Assembly (NCBI RefSeq): GCF_020745735.1 | Contig: NC_083409.1 | Location: 15,905,873 to 15,969,872, forward strand | DNA length: 64,000 bases | Source: Hemiscyllium ocellatum | Lineage: Eukaryota | Direction: 5' to 3' | Shown: positions 1-10,412 of the stretch, piece by piece | How positions within the stretch are numbered: the first letter of the stretch is position 1 | How the letters are laid out: the number at the start of each line of letters is the position of its first letter | Notes under the pieces: model-generated | Told to the model about the DNA's origin: nothing | The model's input: the letters and a program-made list of their open reading frames with translations, nothing else | Databases searched by the model: none | Made by a program: the position numbers and the translations under genes

Positions 1-1640
1 AGTGTGGATCACCGCTCCCAGAACAGACTTGACCTGGTTGGTGATGACCTTTGACAAAATTTTGTAGTCTGTGTTTAACAGTGAGATCGGTCTCCAATTT
101 CTAATTTCGCCCCTCTCCCCCTTCTGCTTGTAGATGAGGGTGATGAAGCCTTTCCTCATGGATTCACTCATGGTACCTGCCCGAAGCATACTGACATACA
201 CCTCCAGCAGGTCCTGGCCAATCAAGTCCCAAAGAGCGGAATAGATCTCGACCGGTAAGCCGTCGCTTCCGGGAGTTTTATTCTTTTCGAAGGACTCGAG
301 GGCCCTGGTCAGCTCATCCAGAGATAGCGGCTGGTCCAGCCTCTCTCGTGTTCCGTCATCTAGGACCTCCGTGATAGAGGACAGGAACGACTGGGAGGCC
401 ACGCTGTCGGTCGGCTTCGCATCATACAGGCTGGCATAGAAGGATTAGCTGATCCTCATGACGTCAGCCTGTGATGACGTTACCTTCAGGCTGCTGAGCA
501 CGGAGCTGTCTTTGTGCACCTTCTGGAAGAAGAAAGGTGAGCATGTCTCGTCCTGCCCCACCAAGCGGATCCTGGACTGGAAGCTTATCTTGGAAGCCTC
601 CGAGGCAAAGAGTGAGGCTTGCTGGCCCTTCACCTCCTTGAGGTCCTCTGTGACATCGACCCCCAAAGTCTGCAGCAGGAGCAGGTTCTGCATACTTTTC
701 TGGAGCTGGGACAGTTTTCGCTGCCTCTCTCTCGCCTCCTGAACACCTTTGAGGATGAAGAACCTCTTGATGTTCCCTTTTACTGTTTCCCACCAGTCTG
801 CTGGAGACTCAAAGAGGGGCTTCGCGGTTCTCCAACCTGCATAGTCCCTCTTCAGCTCCTCAATGTTTCCCAGGGTCAACAGCTTTGTGTTCAGCTTCCA
901 CGTTCCCTTGCCCACCCGCTGCTCGTCCTGTAGGTGACAGTCAGCCAGCAGGAGGCAGTGCTCAGAGAAGAACACTGGCTTGACGTCGTTGGTTCTGACC
1001 GAGAGCGTTCGGGACTCAAACAGGTAATCTATCCTTGAGCGGATAGACCCGTCTGCTCGTGACCTGGTGTATCTACGCTGCGCTCCATCTGCAGGGGTGC
1101 TGAAGACGTTGTGCAGCTTTTCATCTTTTACCGTGTCCATCAGGGCTCTGGACGTGGCGTCCAGTTTACTGTCCCCCCCGCCGGATCATCCATCTGCATC
1201 AACGATACAGTTGAAGTCTCCGGCCAGAATGACCGGCCTGGACATAGTCAGTAACAGTGGAAGCTGCTGCAGGACGGCCAACCGTTCACTCTTACCCACT
1301 GGGGTATACATGTTGATTAGTCTCACGGGAGCGTTTCTGTATTTAACATCCGTGACGAGGAGGCGCCCGCCCACAACCTCCTTAACCTCGGAGATGGTGA
1401 AGTTGCCTCCCCACAACAGGATTCCTAGGCCTGAAGAGCGGTTATCGTTGCCCCCGACCAAACTGATGGCCCATGGGCCCACATGCTTGACCACCTCCTG
1501 TAACTGCTGAGGTGTGGTATCCCACACTCCTGCAGAAACAGGACATTGGCTTTGACGCTGGCCAGGAAGGCCAGCGTAGAAGCGCATCGCGTAGCCAATT
1601 TGATGCTACGCACGTTGATGCTGGCAATTTTAAACCCCAT
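1..1640 (-). pseudogene. Tx1 ORF2 (APE endonuclease + reverse transcriptase), disrupted and incomplete
   Basis: MGFKIASINVRSIK, FLQEC, ILAGDFNC, SRIDYLF and FSEH endonuclease motifs; KNKTPGSDGLP and WRPISLLNTDYKILSKVI at the RT start (hand-translated 1-445). One frameshift near 1460 and in-frame stops at 1186 and 445. Confidence 0.85.
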
Positions 1641-1641
1641 T

Positions 1642-3102
1642 TTAACAGTTTACAGGTTTACCGGTGTCCATTTGCTGCTGGTCTTGCCCCTCTGGGGTAG
1701 CTGTGTGCATCCCCGTGGTGGCGGCAAACTGTTGGACCTTCCCAGGGCTGAGGTGGCTGTCCGGATCCGCGCTGGGGCCATTACCCCACTCTGTTGTCTT
1801 CGTGTCGGGCCCGTGGTCCGCACTGACCAGTTCTCCGTCTGACGGCAGGGCTGTCATAGGACCGCTCCTCCCAGATACCTGGAGCTGTGGGCCGGTGGGT
1901 ACCTCCTGGTTCTCACCGGGTAGGGGGAGGCTTTTACCCGTCCCCTCGGAGGGATCGTCCTTTCCTTCTTGGGCGGTGCTGCCCTCCTTTCTCCCCACGG
2001 CGCTCTGTCTCTTCCTCTGATGATGACCCTTCTTGCGCCCGTCCTCACCATCGGAAGAGCTGCCTGCGTCTTCAACTTGTAGGTGTCGCTTCCCCCTTCG
2101 CTGGGTGGCTTTGGGGCCCCCGAGAGGTTTTCTCTTCCTGTTTTTGACTGTGATCCAGTCCTCTGCCTCCTTTGATTCCTCCTCTTCCATTTCCTCCATC
2201 TGCCTTGAAGGAGCTTGGATCGGCTGCTGCACCTCCCCGCTGTCTGCCGTCTACTCCGCTAACGTCTGCCCTTCCTTCTGGGTGCCTCCAGGCACCGTTT
2301 CCATGCTATTTTCTGGTGCCTTTCTGGTCTTTGTCGGTCCACGGCTCGTATTAGTGTTGCCACCTCCGACCATCTGTGCGTAGTTGGCGGATCCTCGTCT
2401 TGGGCAGGCCTTATACATGTGGCCCGCCTCTCCGCACAGGTTACAATTCTTGGCCTCCTTACAATCCTTGGTCGGGTGGCCTTCCTGTTTGCAGTTTTGG
2501 CATACGGTCACCTTACAGTCGGCCGCCATGTGGCCTGACCTCCCGTAGGTTCGGCACACCTTCGGCTGCCCTACGTACGTCAGGTAACCTCTGTTTCCTC
2601 CGATGGCAAAGCTGGAGGGTGAGTGGAGGATGTTCCCGCTGGCATCAACCCTCAGGGTTACCTTGACCTGTCTTTTGCTGGCCCAGATCCCAAAAGGATC
2701 AACCACATCGATGCTCTCTCCTTCAACCTGGACATATCTTTTCAAGAAGGTGAGAACATCTGCCGCTGGGACGTAAGGGTTGTACATTTGGATTGTAACA
2801 ACCCAACTCCTCTGCACAGAAAGAACATGACTACCGACAAGGTGGAAAAAAAAAGCTCCCCCTTCCTTCTCTTTGAAGGCTTTCAGGAGCTGCTCACAAT
2901 GCTTCACACTCCTGAAGGCCACATCAAAGTAGCCAGCCCCAGGGAAATCCTGCAGGCAGTACACACTACTCAAAACCCACACCAACACTTTCTTCACAAA
3001 TACTCTCCGATCGACCAGTGTGTGCTCCTCCACCTTCTTCACAGTCACCCTGACTGTGTTTCGAACCTCCTGTCCAGGGCTGTGAGTGGCTGCTGAGGCC
3101 AT
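1642..3102 (-). pseudogene. Tx1 ORF1 (zinc-knuckle nucleic-acid-binding protein) with one premature stop
   Basis: ATG at 3102 (MASAATH...). Knuckles CRTYGRSGHMAADC (degenerate), CQNCKQEGHPTKDC and CNLCGEAGHMYKAC. In-frame TAG at 2251-2253; ORFs 2251..3204 and 1642..2232 share a frame. Acidic/basic low-complexity C-terminus ends at TAA 1642-1644. Confidence 0.8.
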
Positions 3103-3265
3103 GGCTCCAAGGTTGGCTGGTCCCTGAATTGGCGTTAGACCAAAGCCAGCATGAAGATCCACCAAGAGCAGGTCAGCACAACCAAACAATCCTCCAATGT
3201 CCAATCACGATCACGATCCAGCGATGATCTCTCCAATAGCTCTGATGACTCACAACTCGACACCT

Positions 3266-3438
3266 GTCCAAAGATGTGCTGGTCAGGTGAATTGGCCGTG
3301 CTAAATTGCCCGTAGTGTTAGGTAAGGGGTAAATGTAGGGGTATGGGTGGGTTGCGCTTCGGCGGGTCGGTGTGGACTTGTTGGGCCGAAGGGCCTGTTT
3401 CCACACTGTAAGTAATCTAATCTAATCTAATCTAATCT
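3266..3438 (+). mobile_element. HE1-type V-SINE, 5'-truncated copy with (TAATC)n tail
   Basis: Matches the 3' half of the full copy at 4508-4822. A CTGTCC direct repeat at 3264-3269 and 3437-3442 looks like a target-site duplication. Confidence 0.85.
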
Positions 3439-4140
3439 GTCCTGATAAGAACAGACATGGGAAAGGCCAATGGGACTTTGGAATGAATATTGAGAGTGAG
3501 GAGATGAAGGGGAGAGTGGCCAGGACAGCTGGACTGAAGAATGGTTAGGTCACATCTGAAATATGGTGGATAGTTATGGCCTTCATTGAGGGGCAATGCA
3601 GAATGGACAGGGATAGGAGATCTAGGTTACAAGGAAATGCCAGAACAGGATCTCGAGGGGGGAGGGAGGGTATTTTGATAACAAAACTTCATTATGAAAT
3701 TGACACAGTAAATGTAAATTTACTGTCAATACTGACAAACAGAAAGGCAAAATGACACATTCTCTGGTCATACACCAAGTACAGGAAGGAGATCAGGAAA
3801 AATATTTTGATGCCGAGATTGGAATTTAGTGAGTGCTGGTAAACTGGGTCCTCCATTCAAAATGGGACAGAATTACTCCTTGGAATTTGAACAGGTCTGA
3901 AGCAAAAGAGCAAATTAGGATCAAATAGTCATTTGAGAATATTGAACTGGCCTGAAAAATGCCCAGTGTTTGGCAGCTCTTCATTTTGCCCTCATCAGGA
4001 TAATTGTAAAAGTACCAATCAAAGGAGAAAAACATGACATTGATATTGCATATGAGGAAAGTGCTGACAGACTGAGATGTTGTCACTATGAACACGCCAG
4101 TTTAAATATTGTTTCCCTTTGCTGTGACATTTCTTGTAAA

Positions 4141-4176
4141 TTGTCCTGATGAGTACAAGACAAAAAGCTTCAACAA
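4141..4176 (+). ncRNA. Degenerate minimal type-I hammerhead ribozyme motif (Penelope-type, AAGCTT helix III)
   Basis: ttgtc-CTGATGA-GTACAAGAC-AAAA-AGCTTC-aacaa. GAAA reads AAAA and the helix I partner gacaa reads aacaa. Confidence 0.45.
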
Positions 4177-4507
4177 AATGTTTTGTTTTTCGCAACATTC
4201 AAATTAGGATCAGTTTGGAGAGAAAGAATGAAGATGGAAATGTATTAAGTTAACAATGAAAATTGATCTAAATTCAGCAGAGACCAGGATAGTTTCACCT
4301 TGAACTTAATACAGGAATTACCAGGTGAAGTTTAATCACTGGACTGAGTTAACCACCTTCCATCAGTTTGATTGTTTGAATTGTCCATCAGTTATGTTGA
4401 TTACTCCTGGGATGGGGAGAGCATGGATGTGTCTGCTATTTATTGTCCTTCCCTAACTATCCTGGAGAGGGCGATGGTTAGTCATGAGTTTAGATGAGAT
4501 GAAGCTT

Positions 4508-4822
4508 AGATTAGATTAGATTACTTACAGTGTGGAAACAGGCCCTTCGGCCCAACAAGTCCACACCGACCCGTCGAAGCGCAACCCACCCATACCCCTA
4601 CATTTACCCCTTACCTAACACTATGGGCAATTTAGCATGGCCAATACACCTGACCCGCACATCTCTGGACTGTGGGAGGAAACCAGAGCACCCGGAGGAA
4701 ACCCACGCAGACACGGGGAGAACGTGCAAACTCCACACAGTCAGTCGCCTGAGTCGGGAATTGAACGCAGGTCCCTGGCGCTGTGAGGCAGCAGTGCTAA
4801 CCACTGTGCCACCGTGCCGCCC
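4508..4822 (-). mobile_element. Full-length young HE1-type V-SINE (tRNA-derived head, V-domain, LINE-like tail)
   Basis: A box TGGCACAGTGG, B box GTTCAATTCCC, core GTGTGGAGTTTGCACGTTCTCCCCGTGTCTGCGTGGG, (TAATC)n tail, and an 8-bp TSD TGAAGCTT at 4500-4507 and 4823-4830. Confidence 0.92.
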
Positions 4823-5719
4823 TGAAGCTTCTTGAAGAGGATCTGACAGAGTGACAAGATCATAAGACATAGGAGTGGAAGTAAGGCCATTCAACCCATC
4901 GAGTCCACTCCGCTGGGCCTGAGTACAACTGTCCCTCAGGAGAATGATCTGTGGCACAAGGGAAAACCTGAGAGTGGTGAAAAGGCTGCGCAGGGGCTGA
5001 ACCAGGTTTGACGAATGAGCTGATGTCCTCCTGAGCTGAGTTGCAGACTCAGGCTTTCAGGGCCACACAGCTTACACTGTTACTGACCATAGCTCCATGA
5101 CTGATGAGACCTGCCCCAGGAGAACATCCACAGAAAGCTGCCTCCTGTGTGTCTGATGTGTCTGTGTGTCTCTCAGACGTGACTGAGCAAGCAGCAAGAG
5201 ATCCCCCCCCACCCCCCCCACCCCCCCCACCCCCACTTTCACCGATCAACTTACAAACTCCTTCCGGGGAAAGGGCTCAGCACCTGCCATCGCCTGCTTC
5301 AATGTGTCCTACACCCCACCTCAAGACAACAGTCCCCACTGCTCCCTGCCTCTAACATCTGCTCTCCATCTCTCTCCTGAAGGCACTATCTCTGGCTGGG
5401 AAACATCTCCAGCCTCCCCAGGTGGTCTCATTCCTCCAAGTGTGGGCTGGGATGGGGAAACAAGGCAGGCCATTGGACCAGGAGGTGTCAGCCTGGTCTC
5501 AGTGGGGAGCACTCTCCCCTCACACTCACAATGTAGCAGACTGGGTGGATGAGCCATTGGGAAATGCAGGGTTACAGGATAGTGCAGTGGTTTGGATCTG
5601 GGTGGGATGCTCTTCGGAGGATTGGTGTGAACTCATTGGCGTGAATGGCCTGCTTCAACATTGTACAGATTCCATCATTACGTGATTCTATCACTGAAGC
5701 AAATTATCCAGGCTGAGAG

Positions 5720-6095
5720 TGCAGTGCAGCGCTGAGGGAGTGCAGCACTGTCAGAGGGTCAGTACTGAGGGAGTGCAGCACTGTCAGGGGGTCAGTACTG
5801 AGGGAGTGCAGCACTGTCAGAGGGTCAGTACTGAGGGAATGCAGCACTGTCAGAAAGTCAGCACTGAGGGAGTGCAACACTATTGGAGGGTCAGTACTGA
5901 TGGAGTGTTGCACTAATGATGGGTCAGCACTGAGGGAGTGCAGTACTGTCAGAGGGTGAGTACTGAGGGAATGCCACACTGTCAGAAAGTCAATACCGTG
6001 GGAGTGCCACACTATCAGATAGTTCATGCTGAGGGAGTGCTGCACTGCTGGTTTGTCAATATTGAGGGAGTGCAACACTGTCAGAGGTTCAGTGC
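5720..6095. repeat. 33-bp minisatellite, about 11 units (GAGGGTCAGTACTGAGGGAGTGCAGCACTGTCA)
   Basis: The CTGAGGGAG motif or a variant recurs at 5732, 5765, 5798 ... 6062, an exact 33-nt period. Confidence 0.9.
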
Positions 6096-6200
6096 TCAGA
6101 GATTATCTTTCAGGTGGGATGTTCTGATGTCTGCCCTCTCAGGGGACAGTAGAAGATGCCATGACACTATGAGAAGAGCAGAGCAGATCCCCATAAAATA
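6096..6200 (-). mobile_element. Deu-domain SINE (SacSINE1/AmnSINE1-like) fragment, contiguous with the minisatellite
   Basis: Minus strand reads ...CATAGTGTCATGGCATCTT...CCCCTGAGAGGGCAGAC...CTGACAGTGTTGCACTCCCTC, resembling the Deu core as I recall it. A similar fragment lies at about 21290-21380. Confidence 0.6.
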
Positions 6201-6580
6201 TACCTTTTAAAAAATGCCTGGATGAGTGCCTGAAATATCCGAACATTCAATACCTTGGGCCCAGTTCTGGAAAGTGGATGGAGAGTAGATTTAGTTATGC
6301 CTTGGTGGGACAGACATGATCAGATGAGGGACCTCTTCTACACTGTATGATTCTCTGATTCTGTGAAACCTCTGGCTGATGACCATGTACTGTCCTCCCT
6401 CGGCTGATGAGTCAGTCTCTCCTCCATGTTGAACAGCACTTAGTGGAAGCTCTGAGGGTGGTGAGGGCACAGAATGTACTCTGGGTGGGGGACTTCAATG
6501 TCCACAATCAAAAAGGAATTTAAAAAGCATCGGGTTTGCTAGGTATTCGATACAAATATTCAAACTGATATTTCTGCCAG

Positions 6581-7085
6581 CCCAATGCTCACTTCTCCTG
6601 TGTCCTCACCCATGTGACACTCCCCTCTCCCCTCAGCAAGAGCATCAGGAGATCAGAATGTGTGTAGAGTGTGTGAGACAGTCTACAGAGGAGATACAAC
6701 TTTAAATAGAACAGGGCTGAGCTGGCAGGACAAAGGTCATTGTCAGCACTGAATTTCAATTCTCTTCCTTCTTGAGACTGGCCTATGGGAGACTCTGAGG
6801 TTCAGGGGTTAAGGCAGGTTCCTGTGACACTGTAGAGAGAGCTTCACTCTGTACCCAAACAGTGCTGTCCCTGTCCTGGAGTGTTTGACGAGGATAGTAT
6901 GGAGACAGCTTTATTCTGTTTCTTATCCTGTCCTTTGTCCTGGGTGTCTTTGGTGGGAACAGTACGGAAAGAGCTTTACTCTGGATCTAACCCTATTCTG
7001 TCCCTGTCCAGGAGACTGTTTGTTGGGGACAGTGTTGAGTTGTAATAACAAGCATAACCTTTCAAAGATATTGAAAACTTTACTG
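6581..7085 (+). pseudogene. IGKC: Truncated Ig kappa constant-region remnant (last 28 codons + stop + 3'UTR), inverted relative to the intact C exon
   Basis: 6581-6667 translates PNAHFSCVLTHVTLPSPLSKSIRRSECV*, versus SNARFSCALTHVTLPSPLSKSIRRSECV* in C at 18514. The 3'UTR similarity (ACAACTTTAAATAGAACAGGGCTGAGCTGGCAGGACAAAGGTCATTGTCAGCACTGAATTTCAA) continues to about 7085. The 5' three-quarters of the exon is absent. Confidence 0.92.
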
Positions 7086-8289
7086 GCAGTGGGTCTTTAC
7101 ACAGTTGGTCATTTTGAACGTGTTCTGGTCCATATCGGGACAGGGAGGGCTGAGGACCAGGAAAAGTTCTACTTCACGTTTAAAGACCAACAATATTGAT
7201 GGAGCTGCCTGTGCCAAGGGCTCCCCAATAGTCCCTCCATCTTCCAGCAGAGCATGGCACAGGGCTGTGAGAGTTCAGGTCAGTTCCCCCAAACAGTTTG
7301 GACAGTGTGTGGCTGACTTGCTGCTGTTTGTGGGAACTGAGGAGGAGGACGTGTCCCTCTGCGATGACAGAACCCCCAGGAGTTGCTCGGAGGGATCCCG
7401 ATGTTGATCCCTTTCCTAGAACAGCGGGTGAAAAGCTGCTGCATTGCTCGGGCTCCTTGATGCCACACACCATCAAAGAGGCCTTGGTGTCAAGTGCTGT
7501 CACTCTGCCCTCACCTCACTCTCATGGTCAGGGAGGACTCAGTCCACTGACTCACATTTATCTGAATGAATTCCGCTTGTTACTGATCAGCCCATCTGAC
7601 CCTCCCAGCCCGTCTATATCCTCATGTCATCTTGTACTGCTTCGGGACACCCCCATTCGGGAAGGTCAATAAATGGAAAGCACAAAAACTTTAATTCAGA
7701 TACTGAAGACAATTACTAGTTTAATAGAGGAATGGGTATCTTTCATTTGTAAATGGGATCAACATTTCTTTATTGAGTTAAAGTGACTCAGATTAAATAC
7801 ATCTGCAGTGAATGTATAAATCTACAACAACTCCCACACTGGGTGTTTGGATTGGAGGCTAAGTTGAAAGTATTGGTGACACATCAGGGAGGTGCAGAGA
7901 TACCTGGAGACTTTGTTCCAGAAAGATGTTATAAGCCTCAGGACCAGGCAGTCCAATTCCATGTGTATTAAGGGGCAGGAGGGTATGACAATGAGGAGGG
8001 CAGGTAAGGATTTGGAGAGCACTGTAGGACAGGAAAATGTCTCACTTTTGCTGTAGTTGTGGGTATGCCCACCGAGCTGGGAAGTTGATTTGTAGACATT
8101 TTGTCCCCTGTCTCAGTGACACCTTCAGAGCTTTGGAGCTTCCTGTGAAGTGCTGTTGTGCTGTGTCTTCTGGAATTTATTTGGTTCCATTCCTGCTGTT
8201 TCTAGTTATTGGTTCCGGATATTCATTGCAGTGGTCAGTATACTGGGTCTAGGTCAATCTGTTTATTGATGGATCCCATGGATAAGTGC

Positions 8290-8800
8290 ATTGCCTATAT
8301 AAATTCTCTGGCTATCCTCTGTTGAGCTTGTCCTATGATCATAGTGTTGGCCCAATCAAATTTGTGGTCCTTGTCATCTGTGTGTATAGCTACTCAGGAC
8401 AGCTGCTCATGGGGTTTAGTGGCTCGTTGGTGTTCATGGATGTGGATGGCTAGTTGTCTGTCTGTTTGTCCGAGGTGTTTCGTGCAAACGTTGCATGGAT
8501 TCTTGTAAACTACATCTGTCTTTCACATGGTGGGTATTGGGCCTTTTGTTCTTGTGGGTTGTCTGAGCGTGGCTGTCAGTTTCTGGGCAGTTTATGAGTG
8601 GTTGGAGTACTGTGATGTTTTTATATAAGGTAGCGTGGCTAGTGGGTTAGGTCGTGGCATACCCTCATCGCGTTGTTTGTCTATTAGGCATCTGTGGATG
8701 AAGTTGTGGGAATATCTGTTTTTGGCAAAGTCTTTGTAGAAATGTTCTTCTCTTTGCAGTTTGGGAGTGCTGCAGTGGGTTGTAGCCCTTTAGAACAAGT
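8290..8800 (-). mobile_element. Penelope-like element fragment (RT thumb/linker + GIY-YIG endonuclease)
   Basis: Hand translation gives RTLF.RATTHCSTP, LATLPYIKNI and VVYKNPC.VC.KHLGQTDRQLAIHIHEHQRATK, typical of PLE C-termini. Confidence 0.75.
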
Positions 8801-10395
8801 TCCTAATGCAACTTCTCCTGTGTGTGGGGAGGGATCAGGCAGAGAGGAAGAGGCAGTGCAGCCATTGTGCAGCATCCACTGTCAAGTTGTCCCATTTCCA
8901 ATCCCACTGCAATGTCATTGTCTGCCCTGAGACCAAGCAGATGCTCCCATCACAAGAGGCTCCATGGCCCGGAGGACTGTGAGAGTGAGCCCTGTCCATT
9001 CAGCTCGATCATCAAGCTCCAGCCTTCCTGATGTGGTGGCAGCCAGGAGAACCCTGCCCATGGGAGATTCCACACACACTCCCTCCCTCCTGGCAGGGAA
9101 AGATAATTCCATGGCCCTGCTTTCTCTCGAAAATGATCCAAATTCAAGTGTCGCTGAAAAAAAGAAACAGTTTGTCAAAGCTTTTGTCTTGCACACAACA
9201 AAACAATTTGTAAGAAATAGCGCAGCAAAACTCTGGAGACCCCAGTGGGTCAGACAGCATCCATGGAGCGAAAGCAAGGCAAAATGAAATGCGTTCATTT
9301 GTCTCACTCAAGTACTATATTCTCAAATGACTATTTGATCCTGATTTCCTCTTTTCCTTCAGGCCTATTGAAATTCTAAAAAGTATTCCTGTCTTTTTAT
9401 GAATGGAGCACTCTGTTTATGATTATTCATCATTCAATTCCAATAACTGTATCAAAAAGTTTTTCCTGATCTCTTTTCTGTACCTGGTATATGACTGGAG
9501 AATATGTCATTTTGCCTTTCAGTTTGTCTGCACTGATAGTCAATCTACATTTACTGTGTTTATTTGTTTAAGAATTTTTGAACCTCAGAATACCCTCCCT
9601 CCACTGTTGACATCCTGTCTGGCCTTCGTAGAATCACAGAATTGAGGAATTCCTACAGAGTGGAAGCAGGCCACGTAAAGCCCAGCAAAATCATACCAAC
9701 CCTTTGAAGGCCATCCCACCCAGATGCAAACCTCCCCCACCCTATTCCTGTAATCCTGCATTTTCCATGGCATTTTCCATTTGCTAGCCTGCACATCTCT
9801 TGTGACCCTAGATCCCCTGTCCATGTCCCATTATGTATTGCCCCTCAAAGCAGCCCCTAACTGTGCACCATATTCTAGCCATGATCTAACCATTCTTCAG
9901 GACAGCATGAGAGAGCAGCTGATTAAAGCAGATTCCATATCAACATGAACATAGAATACAGCGTGGATGTGAAAAGCGTGTTTCCTTTTCGGGAAGAATA
10001 TCAAATTAAAACAAGTTCTCTCATAGAAGACCGAGATAAGCAGTTTTTGTTTCTTGCATAAGGTCATAGATCTTTGGAACTCTTCATCAAACATAGAAAT
10101 GAAACCTCTGAATGCTGGTAGTGAAGAAGTAGATAGCCATTGCTTTCAAGAATCTATCAGAGTAAGGCAAGAATGTGGAATAATCAGGTCAGCCATGGGG
10201 AGCAGGCTCAAGAGGATGAATCTCCTTCCTCTGCCCCTAACTCATTTGATCGTGTGTCCAGTTCCACCGTTGAAAGAACAGCGCCTTGAAAGCTTGTGGT
10301 TTTCAATAAAGCAGCTGAAGTAGCTGCTGGTTTATGTGGGTGCGAATGGAAGGGGACTTTACCCATAATCCTCAGCAGCAGCGCAAGCGCTCTCT

Positions 10396-10412
10396 CGCCA
10401 CTAGAGGGCAGC
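10396..10412 (+). promoter_or_regulatory. Strong CTCF-binding motif
   Basis: CGCCACTAGAGGGCAGC matches the vertebrate CTCF core CCAC(C/T)AG(A/G)(G/T)GGC. It sits in sequence that does not look like a repeat. Confidence 0.6.

Larger units (their letters stand above)
1..3265 (-). mobile_element. Tx1-clade (L1 group) non-LTR retrotransposon, 5' part; 3' end runs off the left edge
   Basis: Two ORFs in tandem: gag-like ORF1 with three CCHC knuckles, then ORF2 with AP endonuclease and RT N-terminus. CpG-rich with only a few lesions. The exact 5' end is uncertain and may extend past the SINE at 3266-3438. Confidence 0.85.

Noticed and set aside
3240-3445. Tx1 element appearing to have inserted site-specifically into the V-domain of an HE1 SINE
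   Set aside because: The half-SINE is flanked by a CTGTCC direct repeat (3264-3269 and 3437-3442) with microhomology at both ends, which fits a 5'-truncated SINE insertion better. It would be revived only if the SINE 5' half is found at the Tx1 3' end outside the window.
5040-5200. Possible first exon (gtcATGGAG...GT|GTAAGC) on the minus strand
   Set aside because: Only eight codons, no downstream exon identified, and motifs this short arise by chance.
8964-9287. 107-aa ORF in non-repeat-looking DNA
   Set aside because: No recognisable domain, splice context or paralog in the window. It cannot be supported without a BLAST or RNA-seq check.
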